IMG/VR virus record: IMGVR_UViG_3300020055_002530
Location: 1-55,955 of that record
Length of the DNA stretch: 55,955 nt
Strand: one strand, 5' to 3'
DNA from: a virus
Taxonomy: Duplodnaviria; Caudoviricetes
A program made the position numbers and the translations under genes. The number at the start of each line of letters is the position of its first letter. The stretch's first letter is position 1. The notes below the pieces were generated by a model. The model searched no databases and was not told the DNA's origin. It saw only the letters and a list, made by a program, of their open reading frames with translations. Below are positions 19,309 to 29,797 of this stretch, piece by piece.

Positions 19309-20281
19309 ACTCTGGCCTTGCTTTACTAATGTTAAAATCTGCTGCACAGTGACAATGTGACTTTGGACACCAAACACCGTCACTCATTGTTGTATTAAAC
19401 TCGCCTTGTACAATATTGCCTACAATAGGACCTACACCACAACTTGCTTGCTGTATGCGTCCGTTAGGGTGTATATGCAAACTTTCGTGTATATTGCACA
19501 GCCAACCTTGGAAGAAGTTTTTGCCTTCTGTAATAATACTATTGGTGTTAATAGGTTCAATAGTATCATCTTCAAACCAAGTTTTTGCCCACGCATAACT
19601 TGGGTCCTTTTGCACAGGAATAGATTGCTGCTGCACAGTGCTGTTGGTTTTAAAGAAGTCCATTTGCCATTGTTCATTATAATGATACGGATCTGTGCTA
19701 GGACGTAATTCGTCATATACAGGTGCATATTCTATCATATAGTTGTCACATTCTTCTCTAATTCTATCTCCAAAATCAATACATTGTTGGAAATACTCGT
19801 GATGCATCATTATACGTGAACACAAATAGTTTTTCTTATCTTGCAAAAATTTATACACTTCTATGTATTTGTCATCTTTACTCCATTCTGCATGATAGCT
19901 TGCAACAATATCCTCAAACAAATGATGATTTTCTTTCCACCAACTCAACGGTTTACTAAAATTAGTATTAATACCCACACAACTTCCTGGCCATTTTGCG
20001 TGTTCTCTAAACTTCTCTACAACAGGAATTAATGCTTTCCAAAAGGTCGGTTCGCCTCCACTAAGATATAATTTAAAATATTCATATCCTTTATCTTTAT
20101 AATGCAACATAATTTTTTCTAGTGTATCTACTATCAAAGGAATATCATGATCGTTTCGGTTTCTGCCTGCCCAATTCCATTCACTACAATATGTGCAACG
20201 GAAGTTGCACCAATCGTTGACTTGCCAAACTATACTTACCCATTTATCTTTTGCTGGGATAATTGCTTTTATGTCTTGCAT
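19289..20281 (-). CDS. Radical SAM protein with C-terminal Cys-rich auxiliary cluster domain
   Basis: CNFRCTYC, SGGEPT, INTN; C-terminal WLC..SC..CPKSHCHC. Confidence 0.9.
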   Translation of the reverse strand: MQDIKAIIPAKDKWVSIVWQVNDWCNFRCTYCSEWNWAGRNRNDHDIPLIVDTLEKIMLHYKDKGYEYFKLYLSGGEPTFWKALIPVVEKFREHAKWPGSCVGINTNFSKPLSWWKENHHLFEDIVASYHAEWSKDDKYIEVYKFLQDKKNYLCSRIMMHHEYFQQCIDFGDRIREECDNYMIEYAPVYDELRPSTDPYHYNEQWQMDFFKTNSTVQQQSIPVQKDPSYAWAKTWFEDDTIEPINTNSIITEGKNFFQGWLCNIHESLHIHPNGRIQQASCGVGPIVGNIVQGEFNTTMSDGVWCPKSHCHCAADFNISKARPEYAEKIR

Positions 20282-21477
20282 ACGTCTTCCAATATGTAAT
20301 TAAGTGTAGGAAATATATCTGCAAAATTGTATCTTCTATACTTGTCGTTGATTGCAATAAATTGTTTCATACGTGTAATGTTTTCTGCAGAATATTTATT
20401 AGTATTCTGTGTGTAGTTAATGATTCTTTGAACAGCGTCTGCGTGTAATTTTGTTTCTAGTGTAAACAACTTGCCTATTACTTTGTGTTGTATTTCTCTT
20501 GGCCATACGCAACTGTGCAGTTGATCAGGGTGTTCGAGAAAAATAGGCACAAAGTCTACACGTCTAGTTTGACGTTTTTCAAGCCAACGAATTAATCTGT
20601 CTACATCAAACACATTCCACGCTTGATAGACAAAGTAAATTTTTAGTTGTACTTTTTCAGGCAACCGCATTGCTTTATCAAAGTTTTCTTCTACTTTGTT
20701 CCAATCTGTAGGATAACGTATATACATATTATGATCACCGTATCCATCAATGCTCATCTGCACTTCGCTTGAATCAAAGAAGTCTAGTTTATCATAGAAT
20801 CCTTCTGGCCATGTTGTCATATTAGTAGTCCAAGCTACATGACATTTAGTATTACCTACTTCAACAAGTTTATCTAATACATATTGATTTGCTTGTATTA
20901 GTGTAGGCTCACCACCTGTCATATACAAACGTTCTAATGTTGGTGCCACTGTATCTACAAAGTCACGGAACTCTTGTGTTTCATACCATTGCCAATCGTG
21001 TGCTTCTACACTACGTATTTCGTGTTGCCATTGATCATTCAACCAGTCTGGCACAGTTTCATTTGCTAGTATTTTCTTACGTTCTTTGTATATGTTGTCG
21101 CTGCTTACACTCCAACAACTGTTACACTTTAAGTTGCAGTGATTTCCGAGACGTAATTCCAGGTGAGTAGGATTGCTATGCAGTAATGGTTGTTTATAGT
21201 TTTTATTAGCCCATTGCCTACTACTTTCAAGACCTTTTTCTTCGTGCTCGTAGCAGCGACTACATTCTTTAACAGGCTTGCCTGCTAACATATTGGCACG
21301 AACATTTAACATATATTCACCGTTCCAAATATTTTCCCACTTGTCTTTACCAAGTATAGCATCGTGTCCGTCTGCTTGTATGTAATCTTCACTGTAAACA
21401 TGGCAGCACAACTTACATCTGCCGTCTGTATTTGTATGCACATTTATAAATGGGTATATACAAAAGGTATTACTCAT
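20269..21477 (-). CDS. Radical SAM protein with N-terminal Twitch/SPASM-like domain
   Basis: FCIYPF..CKLCC..CSRC; CNLKCNSC; TGGEPT; likely start MSNTFC at 21477. Confidence 0.9.
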   Translation of the reverse strand: MSNTFCIYPFINVHTNTDGRCKLCCHVYSEDYIQADGHDAILGKDKWENIWNGEYMLNVRANMLAGKPVKECSRCYEHEEKGLESSRQWANKNYKQPLLHSNPTHLELRLGNHCNLKCNSCWSVSSDNIYKERKKILANETVPDWLNDQWQHEIRSVEAHDWQWYETQEFRDFVDTVAPTLERLYMTGGEPTLIQANQYVLDKLVEVGNTKCHVAWTTNMTTWPEGFYDKLDFFDSSEVQMSIDGYGDHNMYIRYPTDWNKVEENFDKAMRLPEKVQLKIYFVYQAWNVFDVDRLIRWLEKRQTRRVDFVPIFLEHPDQLHSCVWPREIQHKVIGKLFTLETKLHADAVQRIINYTQNTNKYSAENITRMKQFIAINDKYRRYNFADIFPTLNYILEDVCKT

Positions 21478-23633
21478 ACTGTCCACTTGCCTTTGCCTTT
21501 CCAATCATACTCGAAACTAAAATCTAAATTTCTAGTAACTAAAAAATCTTTTTCGTGTTGTGTGAATGTATCAACATCATAAGCATTGTAAGGATCTCTT
21601 TTTGCTTTATCAGTACCTTTCCACGCTAACTTACGTGCTCTAATAACACTGTTGCTGTTATCTCTTGTGAAATCCATAATACTCCATACTGGGCTCCAAG
21701 GGTCTGGACTCATTTTCATAGCACCGTTTTCTATCCAGTATTTGTCATTCCAATCTGTGTATTCGTCTTGTTCATAGTTCCACCAAAAGTCAGCAGTCCA
21801 ATTTCCATCATCGTCTATTTCAAAATCGTATTCTGCATTCAGTGGAGCAGCATTACGCTCACCCCATTCTTCGTATTCCCATTCTTTTTTGAATTTAAGA
21901 TTGAGTTTATATCCACCACGTGTTCTCCATACAACACGTAAGAACGGCCATATTTCGTTTACAAGACTATCTGCAAAATTACTAATGCCCGGTTTAATAA
22001 TCTCATAATCAAAGTCGTCATAATCATAACGTGCTTCTAGTTCTTTGTCAGGATCATTGAACTCAATATCATAATGAAACTTTGCTAAATTATGTCTAGT
22101 AGGTTTGCTACAAATTTTTTCAGTGTTTAAGAAATCTGTAAAAATACTAAAACATTTCATTCTTATAAGTTTGTGGACAATGCTAAGTTTATGATCTTTT
22201 GTAATCCAATGGTCATAATAGTAAAAAGGAGACAAATTAAATTTGTCGAAGTTTTGTCCTACAATAGTATCAACACCAACACTGAATCCTGTGCCTTGAC
22301 TTATAGCAATTAATCCTTGATCTTTAATACGATATAAAAATGTAAGAGTATCTTCTAATTCTTTTGGCCCTTCATTAGGAAAGCCTACAATCCAATTGGT
22401 CATTGCATCGATGCCCACTGCATAACCATCACTAAAGTTGGCTTCCATTTCTTCAACAGTAACTTTCTTGTCCATTAAGTCTAGCACAACTTGACTACCT
22501 GACTCGATACCATAATTAAGAACTTCACAGCCACCTGCTTTTAAATCTTTGTAATAATCCAAGTCCATACGTCCATCACAACGACAATAACCTGTCCAAT
22601 GTATATCTAGTCCTTTTTCTGCGACACCATTTACAAATGCACGTAACTCATTAAGATTACCATTAACTAAACTATCAATAAACCAGTAAACATTGGTTCC
22701 GTGTTCATAATACATATGTTCTATTTCTTGTACAGTGCTAAGTGCATTACGCTGTCTATATTTCCAAAAGTGTGTTTCTTCACAAAACGTACATTTAGCA
22801 ATACAACCACGTGATATTTCACACAAGGCACCGTTAGGAAATAGATAGTTACTAAAATCAAAATCGCTATAATCTGGCAAAGGCAACGTGCTGAGATTAT
22901 ATCTTTGATTTTCAGGTTGTCTAATAATTTTACTTTTTTCTTCTTCTGTGTAATCTATACCTTTTTTATTTTCTATACTTGCTAACGCTACTAGTAATGG
23001 TTGTTCGCCTTCACCATTAACAACGTAATCAAAAAGATTATCTCCTTTGTAATAACTGCTGTGTGTGCTAGGACCACCTACCATTGTTACTACATTTGGT
23101 AAACGCTTTTTTATCTCCATTGCCATATATTTTGTTGGTGCTGTGTTACAGTAATATAAAGTAAATCCTACAACATCTGGCTTGAAGTCTACTATTTGTT
23201 GAATTTTTTCTTGTAATAAAGGTTCTAGATGCGGATGAATATCATCGTAATAATGTTCTTCTAACCAATGCCAATCACGTAGAGGATCCCACGGATTAAA
23301 ATTAATAGGCCATTTTTCTTCATGATATATTCTGTACGATTCAACATTGATATCAAAACTTTTGACTGCATAACCTGCACGTTTAGCTGCACTAGCTAAT
23401 TTAGCTGTATTATAAGGAGGAAAGCTAGGATCCCATTCAGGCAATAGACAAAGACAAAGTCTAGTTTTCCTGTTGACTTTGTATTCTATTTCTAAATTAT
23501 CTAATCCTTTTTGTACAGGTTTGCTGTATTTTGCAATTGCTGCAAGAGTGGCTACGTGTTTATCTTCAGCTAAAGTTCCTGTAGGTCTTTCAGGAATTTT
23601 CCTGTTTTTATCTTTTTGGTCAAAAAATCCCAT
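21474..23633 (-). CDS. Cobalamin-binding (class B-type) radical SAM protein
   Basis: PDVVGFT..VGGP..GEGE B12-binding region; SRGCIAKCTFC; GIESGS; IVGFPNE. Confidence 0.9.
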   Translation of the reverse strand: MGFFDQKDKNRKIPERPTGTLAEDKHVATLAAIAKYSKPVQKGLDNLEIEYKVNRKTRLCLCLLPEWDPSFPPYNTAKLASAAKRAGYAVKSFDINVESYRIYHEEKWPINFNPWDPLRDWHWLEEHYYDDIHPHLEPLLQEKIQQIVDFKPDVVGFTLYYCNTAPTKYMAMEIKKRLPNVVTMVGGPSTHSSYYKGDNLFDYVVNGEGEQPLLVALASIENKKGIDYTEEEKSKIIRQPENQRYNLSTLPLPDYSDFDFSNYLFPNGALCEISRGCIAKCTFCEETHFWKYRQRNALSTVQEIEHMYYEHGTNVYWFIDSLVNGNLNELRAFVNGVAEKGLDIHWTGYCRCDGRMDLDYYKDLKAGGCEVLNYGIESGSQVVLDLMDKKVTVEEMEANFSDGYAVGIDAMTNWIVGFPNEGPKELEDTLTFLYRIKDQGLIAISQGTGFSVGVDTIVGQNFDKFNLSPFYYYDHWITKDHKLSIVHKLIRMKCFSIFTDFLNTEKICSKPTRHNLAKFHYDIEFNDPDKELEARYDYDDFDYEIIKPGISNFADSLVNEIWPFLRVVWRTRGGYKLNLKFKKEWEYEEWGERNAAPLNAEYDFEIDDDGNWTADFWWNYEQDEYTDWNDKYWIENGAMKMSPDPWSPVWSIMDFTRDNSNSVIRARKLAWKGTDKAKRDPYNAYDVDTFTQHEKDFLVTRNLDFSFEYDWKGKGKWTV

Positions 23634-24868
23634 TACATTATTCCTTGTAATTCTGGGAATATTTCATACACATTTTCGTTACGCATACCATCCATTTTGT
23701 TTGTTTTCCAGTACCACATTTTTAATTCAGATGTTCTATCTTGTTCCATAAATTGCAAAATGTTTTTGTAGTCCTGTATCACACTATCTATATTTTTTAA
23801 TTTTTCGTTTTTATTATTATCAAACTGTTTCAAATAGTTAATATGTTCTTCATATCTTTTATGCACTTGTTCTTTTATCCAAGGAGGTAATATGCTTAAA
23901 CGCATATAAGTTGGATCCAATAGTATGTTAATTCTAATATTAGCAGGTTCTAATAATCCTTCTTCAATCCATTCTTTGTGGAAATCGCAAATGTTTAGCA
24001 CATTGTAAACACTTACAGTAGGAGTTAATTCAAAGTAAACGTGCGGACATTGCTCAATCATATCACGTCTATTTTGCACAACCTGTGTCCAATCCATATT
24101 TTTACGCAGATATTCTCCTCGCTTATGATTTGCATCTAAACTTGCTGCTACTCTTACATTATCAAACGCATTCCAATACTCAAATGCTGTTTTACGCTTG
24201 TAACGCATTTGTGTAAAGTTTGTGGTGTAGTCCATTGCTACATTACGTTTGCCCATTTCAATCCATTTGTCAAGTATACGGTAATGTTCATCTGTGATAA
24301 GTGGTTCGCCGCCAGCCCAATACACACGTTCAACGCTGCCTAACAATGGTTCAAGTTCGTCCATAAAGTTTAACATATCATCACGTACTTTGAGTATCTT
24401 ATTGTGTCCAGGATCTCCGTATGCTGCTTTGTGATCTTCAAACCAACTACTGCTGAACTGGGGTCCACAACTGCGACACTTTAGATTGCACAAGTTGCTA
24501 AAACGTATGTCTAGGTAAGCCATATTAACATCACCAGCACTGCCGTCATCGCTTGTAGCATCAACTTTGTCCCAATGGTTTTTGCCAAAATTGTTTATGC
24601 TACCTTGACGTAGTGTGCCCATTCCGTTTTCTTCTAGTTCGTAACAACGTCTACATTCTTTACTTGGTTTATCTTGCAACATATTCATTCGCAGTTCACG
24701 TATTTCAGGACCGTTCCAAATATCCTGTAAACTTTGTGTTTGTGTATCTCCCACAGGGTGAGCAGGATCGCTCATACAACAAGGATATGTAGTGCCAGCT
24801 GGCCACATATGTAAATGTATCCAAGGCATCATACAAAAATGTTTACTGTTTTTTAATTTATCAGACAT
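23633..24868 (-). CDS. Radical SAM protein with N-terminal Twitch/SPASM-like domain
   Basis: FCMMPW..YPCC..CRRC; CNLKCRSC; AGGEP. Confidence 0.9.
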   Translation of the reverse strand: MSDKLKNSKHFCMMPWIHLHMWPAGTTYPCCMSDPAHPVGDTQTQSLQDIWNGPEIRELRMNMLQDKPSKECRRCYELEENGMGTLRQGSINNFGKNHWDKVDATSDDGSAGDVNMAYLDIRFSNLCNLKCRSCGPQFSSSWFEDHKAAYGDPGHNKILKVRDDMLNFMDELEPLLGSVERVYWAGGEPLITDEHYRILDKWIEMGKRNVAMDYTTNFTQMRYKRKTAFEYWNAFDNVRVAASLDANHKRGEYLRKNMDWTQVVQNRRDMIEQCPHVYFELTPTVSVYNVLNICDFHKEWIEEGLLEPANIRINILLDPTYMRLSILPPWIKEQVHKRYEEHINYLKQFDNNKNEKLKNIDSVIQDYKNILQFMEQDRTSELKMWYWKTNKMDGMRNENVYEIFPELQGIM

Positions 24869-26081
24869 ACAAATCCTTTAGTTCTGGGAATACACGTAAA
24901 AAGTTTTCTCCACGCTTCAAATCTAACTTTTGCATTTCTTCTCTAAACTTTGGAATAAAATGACTGTCATCTTTACTATACATAAAATTTATAATATTGT
25001 CTATACCATCTTGCAAAAATTGTTTACGAGTAGGATAAATTATTTTTTGTTCATATAAAGATTCTACATCTTGTTTAAACAATTCTAAACTTTGCTTTGC
25101 TTTGTCTTTAATATGTTCTGGTAATATTGTTATACTCAACCATTCTGGCCCAACCAATATATTACTGAAGTTAATATCATAATCTGTAGGAATTTTGTGT
25201 TCATACAAAAACTTTACAATATCAGCCAAATCTAAAATATTAAGGACACTAATAGTAGGATTAGGTTGTATAATTACGCCTTTATCATAACTGTGATCAA
25301 AATTATCACGTATATAACAAAGATTGTTAAACACAGTTTCCCATGATTGTCCATTACGTGTGTATTCTGCTTTTGCACCCATTTGATCTAAACTAACACA
25401 ATAAAAGATTTTATCAAAGTGTTTCCAGTAATCAGTAATATGTTTTCCTTTAAGGCTTAGGCGTGTTGCGTTGCTGTTGTATGTCAGTCTCGGTTTGAGT
25501 CCACGCTCTATGAGCATATCTAGCAATCTATAATGCTGTGGCATAAACAAACTTTCGCCGCCTGTAAAATATACTTCTTCTATTGTAGGCAGTATTTCTT
25601 CTATTTCTTCCCACATCTCAGGATGGTTGATTTCTACTATTTCAGGTTTACCAACAATATCTTCAGCCCACTTGCTGCTGAAGTGCGGTCCACAACTACG
25701 ACACTTCATATTACAAAGGTTACTAAAACGTACATCAAAATATGCCAAGTTCATTTGTTCTACGCTACCGTCATCACTGGTGGTTTGTACCAAATCATAA
25801 TGATGATTGTATTCTGTGTTAAATTTGTGTCTATAACTTATAACACCTTGTTCTTCATATTTGATACACTTTTCACATCCTTGACTACTTACGTTGTTTA
25901 ACATTCGTAGCCTAAGCTCACGCATTTTTTCACTGTTCCATACTCCTTTGAAACCAGCTTCATTGATATTACCAACTGGCATATCCCAATGATAAATGCA
26001 GCAAGGATATGCATCTCCGTTTTGCCATACGCTCATATGTGTCCACGGAGCCATACAAAAATGTTTTTTAAATTCTGTCAA
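24861..26081 (-). CDS. Radical SAM protein with N-terminal Twitch/SPASM-like domain
   Basis: FCMAPW..YPCC..CEKC; CNMKCRSC; TGGES; probable TTG start at 26081 overlapping the upstream TGA. Confidence 0.88.
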   Translation of the reverse strand: MTEFKKHFCMAPWTHMSVWQNGDAYPCCIYHWDMPVGNINEAGFKGVWNSEKMRELRLRMLNNVSSQGCEKCIKYEEQGVISYRHKFNTEYNHHYDLVQTTSDDGSVEQMNLAYFDVRFSNLCNMKCRSCGPHFSSKWAEDIVGKPEIVEINHPEMWEEIEEILPTIEEVYFTGGESLFMPQHYRLLDMLIERGLKPRLTYNSNATRLSLKGKHITDYWKHFDKIFYCVSLDQMGAKAEYTRNGQSWETVFNNLCYIRDNFDHSYDKGVIIQPNPTISVLNILDLADIVKFLYEHKIPTDYDINFSNILVGPEWLSITILPEHIKDKAKQSLELFKQDVESLYEQKIIYPTRKQFLQDGIDNIINFMYSKDDSHFIPKFREEMQKLDLKRGENFLRVFPELKDLYV

Positions 26082-27259
26082 TTTACTAACTCTACTATAC
26101 TGTCTACAATAGTATTCCAACTTATCTTACGAGATAAGAACAGTTTTTGGTTATGTATTAATTTATCAAAATATTCATTTTTGATTTTTGTTTTTAATAA
26201 GTCAATACGTGTGTTTTTTATATTGTGCCAAAGTTTCATTGCTTGTGTATAATCGCTGACTACACTAACTCCAAATAATTCTTCAAATGTTTCGTATCCT
26301 CTTGCTCTTAACAAACTATGTTGTTCAGGGTTGCCTACAATAAAAAACGGATGAAGATTCATTATTGCTTTATATGTCTTTTCTGTAATAAAGTTTTTAT
26401 GACTATCACTTTCTGTAATCACACTTAATATACTGTCATTGTAATAAGATTTTATACTATTTCCATAATTAATTACTTCTACCTTGTTTAAAACATCCAA
26501 TTTTCTATTGTACATTTCACGTACAAGGGCCATTTTAAAATCACTGTGTAACTCTTCAGGAATACGTTTTAATGTATGATGTGACTTTGCACAAGCATCG
26601 TGTTCCGTGCTGTCAACTTCGGGTAGGTTATAACTTACATATCCTTCATTGATAATATTACTTCTAAGTATACTATACATAAGCCATATTCTATGTGGTT
26701 TAATATTGCGGTTTAAACACAGAAATTTCTTAGATGCTTTATCAACATCAAATTCATCTGGATGAGTCAAAGATACATGAGGAAGTGTTTTGTGTTGATG
26801 CCTACTTAAACTTTCCCAAAAATTAATGCTGATATATTTTATTCCTTCTAAAGTTTTATTATGTGCTTCTAAATCACAACATAGAACTATAACTTTGTCT
26901 ATAGGTATTTTGTGCTTGTCAATTTCTCTACGCAATTCTTTTGGTTTAATAATACATTCAGTGACACTCACTAAACAATAAAATACATTTGGATCATTTC
27001 TTAACAATTTTAAAGTTTTTTTAGATGGTTGTAGGGTGACCCATTCCGGCATATGTACGATGTTTAAAATAAACTTTTTTGTATCTTTATCTAAAAAATT
27101 CAAATGATTTATATGGTAGAAATTACTATAGGTAAAATCATCATAGTGTCCAAACATATAATCAAAGGGCCTGTGATTTTTATCACCAGGTAAATCAAAA
27201 GTCAAACCACTGTAAGGAGTTTGTAGAATATTATCTACAAGGAAATAGCAATTGCTCAT
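26078..27259 (-). CDS. Hypothetical protein, possibly GT-B glycosyltransferase-like
   Basis: KKFLCLNR..HR and ITES...FITEKTYKAI...HPF motif, reminiscent of the YITEK motif of GT10-type enzymes. Confidence 0.5.
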   Translation of the reverse strand: MSNCYFLVDNILQTPYSGLTFDLPGDKNHRPFDYMFGHYDDFTYSNFYHINHLNFLDKDTKKFILNIVHMPEWVTLQPSKKTLKLLRNDPNVFYCLVSVTECIIKPKELRREIDKHKIPIDKVIVLCCDLEAHNKTLEGIKYISINFWESLSRHQHKTLPHVSLTHPDEFDVDKASKKFLCLNRNIKPHRIWLMYSILRSNIINEGYVSYNLPEVDSTEHDACAKSHHTLKRIPEELHSDFKMALVREMYNRKLDVLNKVEVINYGNSIKSYYNDSILSVITESDSHKNFITEKTYKAIMNLHPFFIVGNPEQHSLLRARGYETFEELFGVSVVSDYTQAMKLWHNIKNTRIDLLKTKIKNEYFDKLIHNQKLFLSRKISWNTIVDSIVELVN

Positions 27260-27272
27260 ACTTTATTATACG

Positions 27273-27866
27273 TTATTTTTTAGATTTTGCAAGAAGTTTT
27301 TCTCTATGTGGTTCCAAGTATTTTGCAACCATATCAAAGAATGTGATGTTTTCGCCTGGTACATCTATTACAGTGTCAGCTGGTACACCTGCTGCATCTT
27401 CAAACTCTTCTGGACTGTTATCTAATACTGCTTTGCGCAATGCTGTTGCACTGCTCAATCTCGGTGTAGGTTTTGTTTCTATGTTTTTAAATGCATAAGT
27501 TCCGTGTGGGCCTTCTTTGCCATTATACTGTTGGATTGTTTTTGGTACCCATGCTTCGTCTGTGAATAACACAAGTGTGGCATCAGGGTGTTTTGCATAT
27601 AGTTCACTTGCTAGTGTTAACCAACTTTGACTGAATACAATATGGTCTTTGACTTCAGGCATTATTGTTTCCATTGCAAGAACTTTGACTTGTGCAGGTA
27701 ATGGATCCTTAGGACCTACTGTGCTTTCATTTGTGCCTACATACCAATGTGTTTCTTTTGCAGCCATTTCCCATGCTGCTTTGTGTCCTTTGTGTGGAGG
27801 ATTAAATCTACCAAATATTAGTCCTACTGTTTCGCCCGGTGCTTCAAATAGTTCTCTTAGTCTCAT
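27273..27866 (-). CDS. Cytidylyltransferase-like (HxGH) nucleotidyltransferase
   Basis: FGRFNPPHKGH, KDPL and SSATALR motifs; start MRLRELFE at 27866. Confidence 0.8.
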   Translation of the reverse strand: MRLRELFEAPGETVGLIFGRFNPPHKGHKAAWEMAAKETHWYVGTNESTVGPKDPLPAQVKVLAMETIMPEVKDHIVFSQSWLTLASELYAKHPDATLVLFTDEAWVPKTIQQYNGKEGPHGTYAFKNIETKPTPRLSSATALRKAVLDNSPEEFEDAAGVPADTVIDVPGENITFFDMVAKYLEPHREKLLAKSKK

Positions 27867-28993
27867 GAGGGTGTCCACCTTTTTCTTGGAACAAGTTTTA
27901 CGTTTCCAAACTGTTTTGTAGATGTATCTGCATAACGTACTCGACCTTCACCATTTGTGTCCCAAATGTCTCCTTGTTCGCCTTCTAGTTGATCAATAAC
28001 TTCATCCTTCATACGTTGAATCATTTTTACAAGTTCAAATATAGCACCTGTCGCGCCTTTGAATTTTGTATTTAAATCAGCAATTTTGGCTTGTTTAGGT
28101 TTGCTTACTTTGCTACGCTCTAACCATTGAAAGAAATCTTGATCGCTTAAATTATCTAGTCTTTTTGCTTTTGCTGTTTGATTTACATATGTATATATGA
28201 TATTTTTTAAATCTGAAAGTCCAGGCACTCCTGCTAAGAAACCGTCGATTTGATCTTTGTGTTTTTGCACAAAGCCTTCAACTGTTTCAATAGCGCCTAA
28301 ATTTACTTGTATTTTTTGCTTATTATAAACAGGTCCTAAAACTATAAGATTATGGTTATTGTTAAACACACTAAAATCTTGCATAGGTTGTTGTGAGCTG
28401 TCTGGCATACCAAAGTCAGGAAAATATGCGTGACCTACTACCATAATGTTGGCTTTGCGAATTTGTCGGCCAAGATCACTTTCTGCTCTTACGTGATAAC
28501 AAGTTTTAGATTTTGGATTTGGACAGAATGTATAAACACCGTTTTCTTGTTTAGGTGGATCTAAAAACAAGCCATCTGCATACACAAAGCCAACAAAGTC
28601 TTTTGGTGTTGCACGATCAAAATCTTCGTATAAACTGGCAAATTTATTGCCAAACTCTTTACGTGCTTCTACTTCTTCTGGTGTTTTAGGATTGCCTGAT
28701 TTGTTTATGATAAAATCTGCAACTTCTTCTGGACTAGTAGCAGCAACACCTTTGGCCCAGGCATTGTGTCCTGCAAGTACAAGTGGTCCACCTTTTTCTG
28801 CACGACCCCAATAAATTTGTGGATTTCCGTCCCATTTCATACGTATGCTTTGCGCACCACTTTCTTGTGCCATATCTTCTAAATGTTCTAGTGCTTCTAG
28901 TGTGCCTGCACTGCCGTAGAAAAACACCAAGTCTTCTAGGTGATTAAATGCCCTACCTAATTGTTTTGCTTCAATCAGTTCTTGGTATCTCAT
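27863..28993 (-). CDS. Hypothetical protein with ligase-like KxDG motif (DUF6267-like)
   Basis: HLEDL, MKWDGNP, EGRV and VKLV resemble motifs I, IV and V of covalent nucleotidyltransferases. Confidence 0.55.
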   Translation of the reverse strand: MRYQELIEAKQLGRAFNHLEDLVFFYGSAGTLEALEHLEDMAQESGAQSIRMKWDGNPQIYWGRAEKGGPLVLAGHNAWAKGVAATSPEEVADFIINKSGNPKTPEEVEARKEFGNKFASLYEDFDRATPKDFVGFVYADGLFLDPPKQENGVYTFCPNPKSKTCYHVRAESDLGRQIRKANIMVVGHAYFPDFGMPDSSQQPMQDFSVFNNNHNLIVLGPVYNKQKIQVNLGAIETVEGFVQKHKDQIDGFLAGVPGLSDLKNIIYTYVNQTAKAKRLDNLSDQDFFQWLERSKVSKPKQAKIADLNTKFKGATGAIFELVKMIQRMKDEVIDQLEGEQGDIWDTNGEGRVRYADTSTKQFGNVKLVPRKRWTPS

Positions 28994-29796
28994 CTGCTGT
29001 CAGCCAATCTATTGATAAGTTCTACGATTCTATTGTGATTTTTATCTGCTAGAGTAATAACACTTTCTGGTAGTTGCTTACCATCTTTGGCAAACTCATC
29101 TGCTGCTTTTGCTGTAAGCGTATCAAAATCTGGATCACCTCTAAGTGCTGTAATAATAGTTTCTACTGTATGAGTGTCCGACTCTTTAGCATTATTTCCT
29201 AACAATAACTGTGCTATTTCATTCCAGTCATCAGAAACAAATTCATTTGTTTCAGGATTTTGTAATCCAAACTTAGGACTAAATTTATATCCTCGTGCTC
29301 TAGCAATACTTGAAAGTAAGATAGCTCTATCTTTACCACTAAATGCTGCTGTACCTCCACGCTTTGCACCACGTTGAAAATCTGGATTGGTTGTGAACAT
29401 AAAGTCTGTTTGCACATACCCAACACCGCTTTGTATAGGAGTACGAAAATGTACTTGGTCACCTGCGTTATGAATCCAGCCAGCTGTAAATTTACGTCCT
29501 TGATTCATTATTTGATCTTCAGGTACACCATTACTTTTAAGCCATGCCGAAAGTTTAGCAATTAAATCTTCTTTGCTAACTTTATTTGCATCTGTGTTTA
29601 GATCTAAGTCTCCGGAACTGTTCTTTTCAAAAGACCCATCCGGATGATTTTTCTTACCAGTAGTTCCTAGCCAGTCTTCTTCGTCAAATGTTAAACCTGT
29701 GATTTTTTCTATGAACTGAATAGTTGGATGTACATCAGCAGTAGCAATACGCTGTGTAAGTGGTCCTTCATCTGTCTTAAAAACGTTTCCGCCCAT
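28990..29796 (-). CDS. Pol-beta-superfamily nucleotidyltransferase-like protein
   Basis: LGTTG...SSGDLDL and VQTDFM; MGGNVF N-terminus; TAAATA at 29815-29820. Confidence 0.55.
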   Translation of the reverse strand: MGGNVFKTDEGPLTQRIATADVHPTIQFIEKITGLTFDEEDWLGTTGKKNHPDGSFEKNSSGDLDLNTDANKVSKEDLIAKLSAWLKSNGVPEDQIMNQGRKFTAGWIHNAGDQVHFRTPIQSGVGYVQTDFMFTTNPDFQRGAKRGGTAAFSGKDRAILLSSIARARGYKFSPKFGLQNPETNEFVSDDWNEIAQLLLGNNAKESDTHTVETIITALRGDPDFDTLTAKAADEFAKDGKQLPESVITLADKNHNRIVELINRLADSR

Positions 29797-29797
29797 G

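Noticed and set aside
17971-26081. RiPP cluster call for the radical SAM array
   Set aside because: No precursor peptide, RRE/PqqD domain, peptidase or exporter is visible, and the genes abut with no room for a precursor
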